Of a DNA stretch of 32,143 nt, positions 12,091-24,770 are shown in pieces (the stretch's first letter is position 1; every line of letters begins with the position of its first letter). The position numbers and the translations under genes were made by a program. The stretch comes from Asterionella formosa (taxonomy: Eukaryota): NCBI GenBank assembly GCA_002256025.1, contig NKIB01000537.1, positions 1 to 32,143 of the forward strand, read 5' to 3'. Under the pieces are notes generated by a model. That model was not told where the DNA came from and did not search any database. It was given only the letters and a program-made list of their open reading frames with translations.

Positions 12091-12278
12091 GTGCTGCTGA
12101 CCTCAAAGTAAGCTAACATTATGCCATGAGTGCTACTATCTTACAGAAATAAAACTAAGAGTTGTCTGTAAGTGAATGCAGCTTTTGAAAAACGACAAAA
12201 ATCGCCAATCATCAGTTTGAAAGCACTCACTTCATCCAATAACCAACAAGTGCTGCAATATGTGACATTTTCGGTCTA

Positions 12279-12960
12279 TCAAAGTAGGGGTAGTTTCTTT
12301 GGCACCTTTAAACCGATATATTCTGTGATCTTTTTTCCTTCATCAACAGTGACATATTCTTGAAATTCCCCGTCAATCATGATCCAAGCTTGCTTTCTGT
12401 CTTGGCTCCAGCCAATGCCATTTCCACAGCGAACATCATTAATGCACATAATAGCATCAGTTTCACCATCAGGCCAGTAGTAATAGCCAGGACCATTGCG
12501 TACATCCCTTCTGTACTGTCCCTTGTAGATGCCGCCCAGCACATCTTGGTAAATGCCATAACCACAGCGAACATTGTCATTCCATTCACCACTGTAAATA
12601 CTGCCATCAACATTTTTTAGAATACCATAGCCATGTTTCTTTCCGAGACTGAATTCCCCTTCATAGTCTTCACCATTGAGGCAAATGTGTCGGCCAAGGC
12701 CATGGAACTTTCCATTATGGAAGAGTCCTTCATATGTATTGCCCTGCGCATCGACATAAGAACCCTTTCCATGCATCTTATCTTGTTTCCACTCCCCATT
12801 GTATGTAGAGCCTTGATAATCAGAGTATGTCCCTTGGCCCTCAAACGAATCGTTTGCCCAGTTTCCTTCATATCTAAACAAAATCAACGTGAGCTGATAC
12901 GGTCTCTATGAGTATCATGCAGCTGCAATATTGTTCAACATACCTATCACCAGAAGCAAC
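12279..12960 (-). CDS. MORN-repeat protein, 5'-truncated, one intron (12874-12943)
   Basis: Tandem 23-aa repeats YEGxW/FxxxxxxGxGxY. Splicing the 70-bp GT..AG intron joins VASGDR to YEGNW in frame. The exon upstream runs into the 12958 repeat. Confidence 0.9.
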
Positions 12961-14022
12961 ACAAATTTTGGGGTTATGAGTACAACGATTTGTGTCATAA
13001 TACACATGATATAATAATTTTTTATTATCAGAGCGCGCCCACTATCGACTGGTTACAGCTATATATAATATTTTGTGCTAGAAACTTTTTCAATTTTAGC
13101 AAGACGACCACGGTATATTTACTACAAAAAACAAGTCATTTGTTTCACGCGTGTAAATGTAGAATGTCTTAACACCCGAACAGATAGATGTTGTGTTCTA
13201 CCAGTGGTTGATGGGATCGACAACGACTCCGAAAATGTTGATTACCGGTACCAGGGGTACATACTACCGGTAAGGCACATCGGAAGAAAATAAAATTACC
13301 TATACTCCAAATAAATGGACTATAACTTCCTTTAACGCTTTTCTTCATTTGGATTATTGTTATGGCGTGATTGTGTGCGCTTTCCCAATTTAAACGTGCA
13401 CAATATTTCTCACCATAGAAATTAAGGTTGCGGCCCCAGCTTAACCCTAGTTACCAGGATTACCAAATTTGGTCAACACAAACACAAATTTTGGGGTTAT
13501 GGGTACAACGATTTGTGTTATAATACACATGATATAATAATTTTTTATTATCAGAGCGCGCCCACTATCGACTGGTTACAGCTATATATAATATTTTGTG
13601 CTTGAAACTTTTTCAATTTTAGCAAGACGACCAAGGTATATTTACTACAAAAAACAAGTCATTTGTTTCACGCGTGTAAATGTAGAATGTCTTAACACCC
13701 AAACAGATAGATGTTGTGTTCTACCAGTGGTTGATGGGATCAACAACGACTCCGAAAATGTTGATTACCGGTACCAGGGGTACATACTACCGGTAAGGCA
13801 CATCGGAAGAAATTAAAATTACCTAGCTGGGCTGACACTTTATGTTAAAATACGATTTTGAGTAATTTTTTATACTCCAAATAAATGGACTATAGCTTCC
13901 TTTAACGCTTTTCTTCATTTGGATTATTGTTATGGCGTGATTGTGTGCGCTTTCCCAATTTAAACGTGCACAATATTTCTCACCATAGCAATTAAGGTTG
14001 CGGCCCCAGCTTAACCCTAGTT
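12958..14022. repeat. Near-identical tandem duplication (12958-13452 and 13481-14022)
   Basis: Both copies run from AACACAAATTTTGGGGTTATG to TTAACCCTAGTT. Copy 2 has 47 extra bp near 13826-13872, and a 28-bp spacer separates the copies. Confidence 0.97.
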
Positions 14023-14111
14023 CGGAGAAAATATCGCTAGGGTTGTAAAAACGGCGTGGAACAGGGAGTTTCCTACTATGAATTCCCACGATTCGAGTGT
14101 CCATTTGAATA

Positions 14112-14276
14112 TTTGAATTAAATAGGAATCGGCGCCAGATTGATAGAATTCCATTAAAAAAATGATATTCAAACATTTATACTATTTCTACATTGTTTGA
14201 ATTAAATAGGAATCGGCGCCAGATTGATAGAATTCCATTAAAAAAAATGATATTCAAACATTTATACTATTTCTAC
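14112..14276. repeat. 84-bp tandem duplication
   Basis: TTTGAATTAAATAGGAATCGGCGCCAG...ATTTCTAC at 14112 and 14196. The copies differ only in the length of an A-run. Confidence 0.95.
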
Positions 14277-16049
14277 GTTGCTGAATGTAGACATAATTTT
14301 ACTCAACCCCAAAACACATATATAAATTAGGAGTATGCCAACATGTATGCTCATGGCTCGTGTTTATACGTTTATATTGAATCTTCGTTGCTGAATGTAG
14401 CTTCAATATCACTCCACGCACAAAGGTATATGCCAGTGTGTGAATCAGTACCAGTACCGGAGTGCTAGAGTCGTGGTATTTCGGTACTCGGAGTACCAGG
14501 TAGTACACAATATTGGTTCATCATGATTCATCATGATGGAGGACAGGATGTACTACTGGTGGTAGTACCCCGAAGTAACTTCGACACAATTACTGTCTTG
14601 TCCATTTCGTCTTTCTCCACATTTAGTCTGTGTTGTAGCTTCGTAGATACATCGCTGGAATATATGAAAGCGATCCATAGAATAATAGAATAACGAGCCA
14701 GGAATACTAAGTAGAAGTAGCATAAATGGTTTTTTGAATTCGGTGCTAAGTAAACGTGTCCCATTCCCGAATCCGGATTTGAGGTCCGGATCCAATCTCC
14801 GGGTTCTGCGATAGTCGAGTTGCGCTTTGCCGAGGGAGGGACGTAGGGTGGGTGATTTAGACTATAAATTGCGAAAGGCTTGGCGATGCTTTAGACTGCT
14901 TCTCTGAATCGTTATTCAAAGAATTGTGTGCTTCACCCCTGTACTATTACTTTCTTGTTTAACCTCGCGTGGTTGCTGTCTTCTTCCCTTGTTGTCTTAG
15001 CTGCCGATTCTTGGTTGTTCGATTCAACTCTAAAAGCTAGAACTTAATAGTCGCATTATCGCTATATTAATTTCTCAGCTTCGACTCCTTCGATTCGCAT
15101 CGCGTGGTTTTTCTAGTGCGTCCGGTGCTCGTCTGGTATAACTCCATCGCGTCTGTCCTTGTCCGTAATATAAAGTACTGATTTTACCAACCAGGATTCA
15201 GTACATCTAATACGTGTGGTTCAAGTGTGGCTGGCGAGATTTTACAAGACCGAGATACTTCAGCGAATCTGAAGCAGGTGAATAAATTCAATTCAAGCAA
15301 TCAGAATATGTGTCAATCAGAATATGTGTAGTGAAGCGGGAACTTACCCTGGAGTCTTTTCGGACTGAGAATTATCCAGCGAAACATAACTACGCAAGAC
15401 TCTAAGTATACAAGAACGTTTTTGCATGTACAAATTTTGATTCCAATATTTTGGCGACTGTTGAAAAAGCCGATCGGGTCGACTTTTTGGAGGAGGATTG
15501 CTCTACATCTACGGGGTTTCATGAAGAATGAAATAGATAGCCGTGTACCCTATAACTTCAGGAGTTCGTCTGCAAATAAAAAGTATCGCACAAATAAGAT
15601 CAGGGGTATCGTACGATAACTGGCACAGAATTTTTCTGTGCATGATACGCCTTTTGTTATTTGTGTTACAGGTACATTCTTTATATATGAATATTTGATA
15701 AGCATGTTTTAACTTATAATATTTGATCATATTGTTCTAATATTGATCCATATTGACTCATAATGGTAACCACAAAGTAATCATACAAATACAGTAAATG
15801 AGTAACAACAACTCAAGTCGAAATCACTACTTCTCTTTGAATTTCAATCGCTCTTCTCATGACCATGAATTACTAATTGTACTTACAAGACCATCATCGA
15901 TTTACCTTAGCTACATCCTCTATTGTGTATTTGTTCATCTTATAGCCATATTATTACCATCGTATCTCTATGAAGTATTTGTCCAAAATATGTGGAAACG
16001 GATTGTAATTTAACTACTAAATTTAGAATTGTTTCAATCTATCTATAGA

Positions 16050-16790
16050 TACAGTTATCTCACACCGTCTCACTCCTGTTCATTCTCTTGTCTGCTTCTT
16101 CCCTGCTACCCTGTTTCTGACACAACTGTAACTGCCCACTTCGTCCTTTCCCTTGTACTTGTCTGATTCCGAAGGATGAACTGATGTCGCTGATAGCGGC
16201 GGGTTGCCTCTCCTCATTCCCTTCTTCTCTGTATCAGAGCTTTCCTTCATTATTAGTATTCATGTTAATGTTATAACAACTGCGAAGCAAATACATGCTA
16301 GTCATATTATTTTTATGCAACAACATGAAGTTCCATTCTATTTTCACTTACCATGAATAGATGTATTCCGTCACACAGGTTTTCCCATGACAATGTGTCC
16401 AACGATCCATTTCGATTGTTCACTGTATTAACTAATGGGAAGGAATTGTGTGTTAGGCTTGTCTTGTCTAGCTTTTAATACAACAGGCAGTTCCAATCAT
16501 GATGATATGGTCATTTACCGCAACAATGATATGAATCCATGTTCAGTTATTTCCATATTCCTCAATAAATCGTGAAGACATTGATGTTCAGAACTTCCCT
16601 ATACTCTTTGTATACAATTACCCTGATAGATATAAAAGGATGTGTTACTTATGTTAAAACGGGTGATTCTTGTGAGCATTGATCCAACGACAGCACTTAC
16701 CGCGACCGTCATTTCTTCACATTTAATTTGTCCCCGAAAGTATGCATATACAGGTAAGCAAACTAACACTTGAAGAAAATGCACGCATTA
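16050..16790 (-). pseudogene. Possible decayed multi-exon gene of unknown product
   Basis: GTAAG/GTAAA donors near 16699, 16517 and 16351 with CAG acceptors about 70-90 nt away. The exon-like segments contain stops. Confidence 0.35.
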
Positions 16791-17689
16791 AGTTACTGTC
16801 AACCCAACAATTGAATATTCTGACATGTTCATGTGCACAGCACGAGTCCCAATATAATTGAGCCAACCATATATGTATTTATTTACTTCTATGTTTGAAT
16901 ATTTCAAACACCCGTGTACAGGTACTGTCGTACAAATAGATCAGAATATCATCAATTTTACCGATACTTAATTTTATTTTATTCAATGTTGTATGATTTC
17001 ATTTGTTTTGAATTTAGCCTGTAAAAATTTCAGTAAGTGATATTAGAATATATACAATGCTGTATGAGTTCATTATTTACCACGACCTAATATAAAGTAT
17101 AAATATAGGTTGTACGACAATCCAGTATGGAGTAATAGTTAATGATATAATTAAGCCCCATCATGGATGTGACATGTACGTAAAAAAGGGTAAGGGTTAG
17201 AATGCGAAGTATGAATACGTACTGCGGTTGTACAAAATTTGGCGTAAAATGATCTTACGATTAGTTGTTTATGATCTTAATTCTACTGTTTGTGTTATCG
17301 TGGTGTACAGTAATACATTTTAAAACATGCATTTTTGTAAATAGGGCCCTACTTCATCTACATCTATCATGTTCACAAGTAAGGACTGCTAGGAGTACGT
17401 AGTAACAAGGTACCGGTTGTTATGAACAACTGTTCACATCTTGTTGAAGGACATGATATGATGATGTATGTATCTGTAAGTATGATATTTTTTCACTTGT
17501 GTACATATATATATATTCATATAGAAACACCTTCTTTATATCCATAAGTGTGAAAGTAGCTCCCGTTATGTTATTTGTCCATCGCAACGGTACTTGTAAG
17601 AGCATTTATATACGATCTCCCATTTCCTTTTTTTAGCGACACTTCATCATATGCTTCTTGTCATTTCTCACCACACCTGTTATACAATC

Positions 17690-19649
17690 ATGCCTCCAAA
17701 ACCTGTGACTACAAAACCAGTGCGAGATTCGGCAGTTGCAAGGAGAGTGCCGGATTTGGCTCAAACAAAGCGAGTGATAGCTGATTTTGGAACCTTTCCT
17801 ACCAGTTATTTTAATAAAAGGCAAAAGCAGTATACTGTTCATGACGCCTTTGGTGGTGCCACACCTTCCACTCCGTACATTCCAACAAACGTAAATACTC
17901 CTTTTGCTACTGATACTGCAAAGGCTCCTTTCAATCCTTCTATTCCCGAAGATACTCTCTTGAATTCTGCCAGTGAGAATGAAGATGATGATTCACTCGA
18001 TTCCGGTTCAAGAAAGGTTTCTGCTATTGAGACCACCCATAATATTCACAACCCTACGTTTGTTTTTGAAAAGCTTTGCAATCGAAGTGATCAGGTGAAG
18101 TATGACAAACTCAAAGATGAGCAAATCAGTCTTCAAGAAATCCACAACAAACTCAAAGATGAGCACACCAGTCTTCAAGAAATCCACAATGACCTTGTTC
18201 GTTCTTACTATAAAATCTCATCTGACCTGAATCACTACAAAGGGCAACATTCAGTTCAAGTTTCATCCTTACGTGGTTTTGAAGATTCAACCGCTTTAGC
18301 AGCAAATGCAGCACAACGTTTGTTGTTAGCTAAAATGGATTCCTCTGTTGTCGCTAAAGTTGTTAGTTATATTTTCAAAGCCAAGACTGTGAACAGGTAA
18401 GTGATGTATTGCCATACATCAGACTTACTATGAATGTTTTGTTACTGAAAGGATGTCACTTAAACCTATTTTTGCATTTACCAAAAAGGTTATAAAGCAC
18501 CCAGCCATATTTGCAAGTTGCAACTCCGTAGGCATATCGGATGTGAATGCAGGTTGGTTTGCTAACCGATGTATCTCCCGGTTATTTCAACTAAAACCGC
18601 AGTTAGGCAAAGAAGCAGAGAGTGATCCTGAACTTTCAAACTATATACGGAATGGAAGTGATACACAACTTCCGGATAATTATAGAATGGAACGTATAAA
18701 CAAAGCACGTTTAGAATATATCAACTCTACATTTGGAGGTATGTGCATTAATAAAATGCGAGAACGACAAAATAAATTCAACAATCATTTTAAATCGATT
18801 TTAAGTAAGTCAATCGTGATGTGTTGTTCTACTGTTAAAACATTTTTATTCTTCAACTTCGATGTTCTAAACATCTTCTTGTCTTAGTTGGTGTTACAGA
18901 AGATTACTTCAACAAGCTAGGTCCGTCGGAGTTTATTGGTTGGGCATGCAAGTTGTATGCGTTTCCTCAAGCAAGTTTCATTGATAGAGCAAGCAATTCC
19001 TATCACCTATGGATTGATGTTCTTGCTCGAGTTCATTTTATAGGTAGGGTCAGCCGTGGCGATCCCTATCTTATAGGAGAGAAAATTGGGGAAATTAAAA
19101 TTCCTTCTGAGTGATCGAGCTAAATGTGAATTACAATCAAGGTTTGTTGGTTCGGTTATTAATGCTTTGACAGAAGCATTTTGTTTCCTTGTATTAAAAG
19201 GGAAATTCCGATTACAACCTGGATGGATTAATTATAATCCTTCCTCTTATTTACCCCAAGACCAATTACCTCGTTTCTGGCAGGATGTTGTTGATATCGG
19301 TGGAAAACCACTTTTAAAGAAAAGTACAAGAGAGCAAAGTTCAGTGTCAGGAGGTCTCACTGATCAATGGACTGATGTCTTTTTGGAATATTATCAAAAA
19401 TTGTGTGGTGATCTTGCACAGGATAATCGATCTGTACAAGCAATGAACCGTAGCGGATTGGTCATTAAAGCACCTCCAAGTCACTTTCCAAACACATATT
19501 TTTCTTTCCCTGAAATTCCAGAAAAGCAAATTAAGAAATATGGTGGAGATGAACTTCGACAAGATGATGTTGCTGGTAGTAGCATCAATTTACGACATTG
19601 TGAAAATCGTCAGATCATGACTGACGATGAAGATATTGAATGGGAGTAA
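17690..19649 (+). pseudogene. Three-exon coiled-coil protein resembling transposon accessory ORFs; one frameshift near 19085-19110
   Basis: Start MPPK at 17690. Donor at 18397 (in-frame acceptor at 18451) and intron 18805-18887. Repeated KLKDEQISLQEIHN/KLKDEHTSLQEIHN. C-terminal LTEAFCFLVL..W..GGLTDQW..YYQKL..DNR and an acidic tail. Confidence 0.65.
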
Positions 19650-19724
19650 TAACTGTTAATATGAATAATAATCACTGATGTAATTTATATTTACAGCTAG
19701 CTAATTTACATTTACATCTAGCTA

Positions 19725-20775
19725 TCATCGTTCACTAGACATTTTTTGTTCCCACCCAATTGATTTCCATAAATGCCGTGCAGGTAGGGAGACATAATAA
19801 TTATCTTTTTCTAATTGCTCCAATACCTCCTTGGGATTTACTGGTTTCCTAGATTGAATAGAACCTTCTTGCGGTTTTAAGGCAGGCACAATAAACGCAG
19901 CGGACAGAATGTTGTTAAACTCAACCACACTCAGTTTAGTTGTATCGTTGCATATAGTGTCGCCTTTTCGATGACATGAGTTGTACTGGTTCAAAGTGAT
20001 ATAATGTCCGTGGAATAGAGAGTATTCCATTATTCTCAAGAATAATTTCTTTTTTCAAAAGTTCACCACCTGTTAACCTTGGCGGAAATGAATCATCCTT
20101 TTTTTTCAAAGTTTGATAGGAAGGAGCGTGATTCTTTCCATGACAATATTTCATTCTCTGTGCTTTGAATAACCATTTCATAAGATGATCGAAGTACATT
20201 GGTGGTAGATAGTTCTCGTTCAGGAATAACATGAGTTCTAATTCGATTGGATGCATGTTTAGTAAATGTTTTTTGGGAAGTTGAAATTGAACAGGTCGAG
20301 AAATTTTCATAGATTCCTTGGGAATGAACCCACTTCGATCTTGGTACTCAGGATAATGCATAGTATCATTATCCAATCCAATAATATCTGATAATTCTGT
20401 TTCCTCTCCACCTTGCCTTGATGTATTTGAAGTCAATGAGATACTTTTGTCATAGAATGGAAATAACAAATTCTGGTCATCTAATTGTGAAAGAGATTCT
20501 TCCGTATGCAAACTATCAAAAATAAGAACGTTGGGAAATGAGGAAGAGACACCTGACTTTCCTGTTTCATTTAAATCACTTGATAGTTTACCGCCACAAT
20601 ACATAGTTTGATTGCAAATTCCAGAAATGCGGTGTTCTTCCAAGCAGTGATGGCACAAACCAAAATCATAAAATGTTCGATTTTTGCAGTTTCGATTGTG
20701 AAAGTCAGAGGGAGATTTGTTCTTCCGAAATTTATAGTTGCATACCGAGCACCAGTTAAAGGTTCGTAATGCCAT
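19725..20775 (-). pseudogene. Internally deleted Plavaka/CACTA-like transposase (N-terminal and C-terminal parts only)
   Basis: Cys-rich start (CSVC, CHHC), then LELMLFLNENYLPPMYFDHLMKW...YHFEPVQLMSS, joined out of frame near 19970 to LSVVEFNNILSAAFIVP...YYVSLPARHLW. These match my recollection of the two ends of diatom Plavaka-type transposases. No catalytic core is visible. Confidence 0.55.
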
Positions 20776-20979
20776 TGTTTGGGCAAAAAGGCAAAATCAA
20801 AATAGAGTAGAGCGATTGATTTGTGGGCAGCGGTATGAATAGAAATAAATATAAGGAAATGTCCAAGTATTGCTTTTTCGTCAATAAATACCGAATACCG
20901 GTATATACGTGTATATTCAATAATGTGTCATGCAGTACATAGTACAAAGCACTGCAACCTTATTATGCAACACTAACCT

Positions 20980-23160
20980 TTAAAATTTTAACTTTTCTCT
21001 AATCTGCAATGCGTTGTCAAATGCATTGACAGAGAGAGCAAATTTCTCATTGATAGCAACATTACTTGAGAGTCCAGATGATACTGACACCCAATTGAAA
21101 GGGGTAATTTCAATTGTGGCATCACTACGGTGACGGTAGACGTCAACTTCCTTTTCATTCAAGAAATTGCAAGGGGTTTTTCCAAATGTTTCATTCAACA
21201 TTTTCAAGTCCATAAAACAATTCTGCACAACTTTCTTTATGCAGAAGGCAACTACAGCTTTTTCCATTTGCACCTTCTCCTTCTTGGTAAGAACCTTCAA
21301 TGATTTTTTAGACCAAACGGTTCCAAGGCCAAAAAAATTATCCATCTTCTTGACATGAGGTACTTTCGACGGAAAGCCAACGTGATCTGATAATACTACC
21401 ATGCCATCCAACTGCTTCCAATTGCAGTTCTCTAGACGAAATTGAGCCCGACATCCAAGAAATTTGGTTTCACCTTTTCTTTCCAATTGAAGTAGATTTT
21501 CTAAAAATTTCACAACAGTGAATGGTCCACAGGACCATCCAGTATCACCTTCTGGCTGGTATAATAGTGAGTCATGAGAAGTTGCCGTAAAAACTTGGAA
21601 TGGAGCTTTTGTAGAATGATAGAAACTTCTACTCTGAATGACCTGTTGCGGCTTATAAGCATGGATCGGAAGGTAGGCATCCCATGATGCTATTTCTTTT
21701 TCCCTTTTACATCCAGGGATGAAGCAATATTTGCGGGCAAGGTGAAACACTTGATCGAGATGTTCTTGGACTGTGGCTGCTTCTGCTGGATCGCGGATTT
21801 GACTTATCCCTTCCTTGAGATCAAATATGTAATGAAAAAATGATTATTTCCACAAGATGATCTCTTGCAGTACACTATAATCACATAGGTACACTCAATA
21901 TACAATGGGTGACAATTGCCACTATAAGTGTCTCCACCACAATCCATTTGTGGATTGTCATCAACATCCACAATAACACTCACATTGGATGGATGGAGTT
22001 CATGAGTTATGAATTGAATGAGATTTTGAATTGTTTGAAAATCCCAATATGCAAGAGATTTAAACTCCTCAATTTCTTTTTTGAAATGTAACAAGTTATA
22101 AGTCTTTGCAGCATAAGTACAGACTTCTTGGGGAGTTCGAGAAGAAAGTTCTCCCCATCACTCGAATTGTGGCTTCGTTTTGGGAATGTTCACGTACATG
22201 AAGGTTCGAATGGGAGACATGAGTTGACATAATTGACATGAATTTTCCTCTATATATGAAATGCGCTCGGGATTCTCCATGATTGAATTATTGACAGAAT
22301 CTTGTTCAGCTTCATATGATTCAATAAAAATACCATTTCGATCATCCCGGCCATTGGGCATAACGAATTGGGAAACAAGGTCCAACATAGTCTGGCTGAT
22401 TATGGTATTTTTGTTATTCAACAACTTGATCTCTTCCACAATATCCTGAACAGAAGTTTGATTTTCGAAAACAGGTAGATCTTCAGTGGTAGCATGAACA
22501 AAGATTCCTTTATTGTCACCTGGATGTTTCTCTTCATGACCAATCCTTGACGAATTATTATTTTTTATAATCTTTTCATTACTTGAAATTGTTGTTTTTC
22601 TTGGAAGGACAACAGAATCTATCAGACCAGCACCTAAGTCATCATCATCTCCATCCATCAGGTAATCGGGGGAAGGGTTGTCGACATTTTCTGTATTAGA
22701 ATACTTAGCCTCTAATTGTAGAGATACCCTTGTCTCATCTCGGGACATATCGTGCATTATCATGAGAGATAGACTGGCTTCTACTCGATTTGGTGAACAA
22801 TCAATAAGAATAGCCCGCTGCTTTTCATTGGAAAAATGGTTCAAATGTTTTGAATTTGCCATATAAGAGGACCTCTCTGATAAATGCATTGGGGCAACTA
22901 TGGAATTAACATATGAACTCTTTTTTTCTGGAGAATTGTAAACCTTCTCGAAATCATCAGATTTGGAAGGAAACAGACATGTGCTCTCAACCGATTCAAT
23001 GAGTCGTTTCAATTTCTTCTTCGATGTTAAAACGTCTTCGAGTGTAAACCCAAATAGACTATCCTCTAGTAGGTATCCCAACGATGGACATGATTTAAAT
23101 TCAAATCAAATGTCTACGTATGTTTACTTGCAAAAATATCTGTACAACATTTGGTACCTG
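20980..23160 (-). pseudogene. Ulp1/SENP-like (C48) cysteine protease gene
   Basis: ORFs 22158-23081 and 21804-22094 are in frame across one TGA. Adding one T to the run at 21835-21840 gives NNHFFHYIFDLKEGISQIRDP...YQPEGDTGWSCGPF, with His, Asp, Gln and Cys in C48 order. A likely acceptor near 23160 implies upstream exons. Confidence 0.7.
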
Positions 23161-23541
23161 CTGTACAATAACAATAGATGAAACAAAATCACACAATACC
23201 AGTGCTCACACAGAAGGAGTCTCTTACATGTATATACACATAGCTGTAAATGGAAATATATGAAAATCTATTCTCTACAATAATAAGGTACGTATATGTA
23301 CATATACCCATTTTCGACTGTCCTATTGCAACACCAATAATTCAAATTTAGTTGCTGATGGTTTGCAGCCAGTGATGGTAAAAATAAATTCATACATTTA
23401 TGTATATGCATATAGTTGTATTATTCTCTCAGACGATAAATATTATTCATATTAGATGATTAATCGAATTGATAAGATCATATGATCGCCATTATAAGAT
23501 GCATCACACGAATTAGATGATTTCTATTTGCAGACGTTAAC

Positions 23542-23661
23542 TTCTGCAGAGAAGTGGCAGTTATCCCTCGTAGATTTTATAAAAGCTTGATGGCCCCCTT
23601 TTTTGACTATTTTTTGGATAGTTACGATTCCAAGAGGGATAACTGCCACTTCTCTCCAGAA
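23542..23661. repeat. 28-bp inverted repeat, MITE-like
   Basis: TTCTGCAGAGAAGTGGCAGTTATCCCTC (23542-23569) versus GAGGGATAACTGCCACTTCTCTCCAGAA (23634-23661), one mismatch. Confidence 0.93.
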
Positions 23662-24274
23662 ATGAGGTCCTTAACATATCTGTATATAGATCATACAACT
23701 AAGTCGAGGAATGACTGTATCTAAGCATATGCAAAGTGGTCGTATTGGTGAAAGCTAATTTTACCTTTAACTATTTTATTTCATTGGACGTACTGTGTAG
23801 ATTTAAGTACATAATAAAATTATTTTGGAAGAAAACAGACCTCGCGATGTGTAACTGCGGGGCTGCAACCTTAAGTTACTTTATTGCCATCCAACAGTAT
23901 ACTGCTATATCGATACTGGTATATGTTCTGTATGTACAGAATACTTCTCAAGAACAATTTGCGCAATACATATGTGCGGACAACAATGCATGAACAAAAA
24001 TTACAAATGTAAAGAGACAAAGTAGACAAAGGTACCGTGGTACTCATACTAGGTGGTGACCTGGTACCCACCAGTACCTGCACCATTCAACAATGCACGC
24101 TTGCCACTGTGTAACTGAGATGTCTGTTCTAGGTTCACTTGACGATTATGAATTATCAGGATAGGGCTATGCTTAGGGTTTATCATACTAAATATCTCAT
24201 CATCAGGAAATATAGCTAGCTACATGTTACCCTTTCTAAGCTATTGATAGTACCCCGTCCTGACTACTGGCTGC

Positions 24275-24770
24275 CCATGGTCTTGGTCGATGTAGCAAGA
24301 ATAAAGTATGGATGCGTTTTTACTCTATATAAGTTCCCCCAGTGAGTTGAGCTGTCCAACGTCTTGGAATGGTCTCATCTTCATAAGGGTATGGAAGAAT
24401 CTACCATTTCCACAGTAGCATTAGTGGGCTCATATCATTTCAATTTTGTGTGTATATGCTACAAAAGTACATGTTGACCATTCCATGGCCTTGGTCATTG
24501 TTCTGAGAATAAGATTTGGATACCATCTTATTCTATACTACTTCCCAGTCAATTGAGCTGTCAAACATCATGGAAAGGTCTCATAGTCGCAAAGTTATTG
24601 AATAGCCAGTAATGGGTACATATCTTTTCAATTATGTGTATATGTGCTACAAAAGCACATGGTGACCATTCCTTGGCCTGTGTCATTGTTCTGAGAATGA
24701 GATATGAATACCATCTCATTCTATACGACATCCCAGTTTATTGAGCTGTCCAACATAAAGGAAAGGAATA
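24275..24770. repeat. About 2.5 diverged tandem copies of a ~190-206-bp unit
   Basis: TTGAGCTGTC at 24347, 24553 and 24741. GCTACAAAAG(T/C)ACATG(T/G)TGACCATTCC and GTCATTGTTCTGAGAAT are also shared. Confidence 0.92.

Larger units (their letters stand above)
17690..23160. mobile_element. Decayed multi-gene DNA transposon (Plavaka/CACTA-like) carrying a Ulp1-like protease; termini not identified
   Basis: Tightly packed accessory ORF (+) converging on a transposase relic (-), which is preceded by a protease gene (-). All three are similarly disrupted. Confidence 0.55.

Noticed and set aside
13422..13452. Helitron 3' end (hairpin plus CTAG)
   Set aside because: The stem is imperfect. In the second copy the CTAG is one arm of a further inverted repeat (AACCCTAG..CTAGGGTT). 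No Rep/helicase or clear 5' TC end is present.
17187..17200. Telomere-like GGGTAAGGGTTAG
   Set aside because: Only about two imperfect units, which is expected by chance.
24275..24770. CRISPR array or integron attC cassette array near a tyrosine recombinase
   Set aside because: The units are homologous along their whole length with no unique spacers or cassette ORFs. There are no cas genes, and the YR resembles Crypton rather than IntI.
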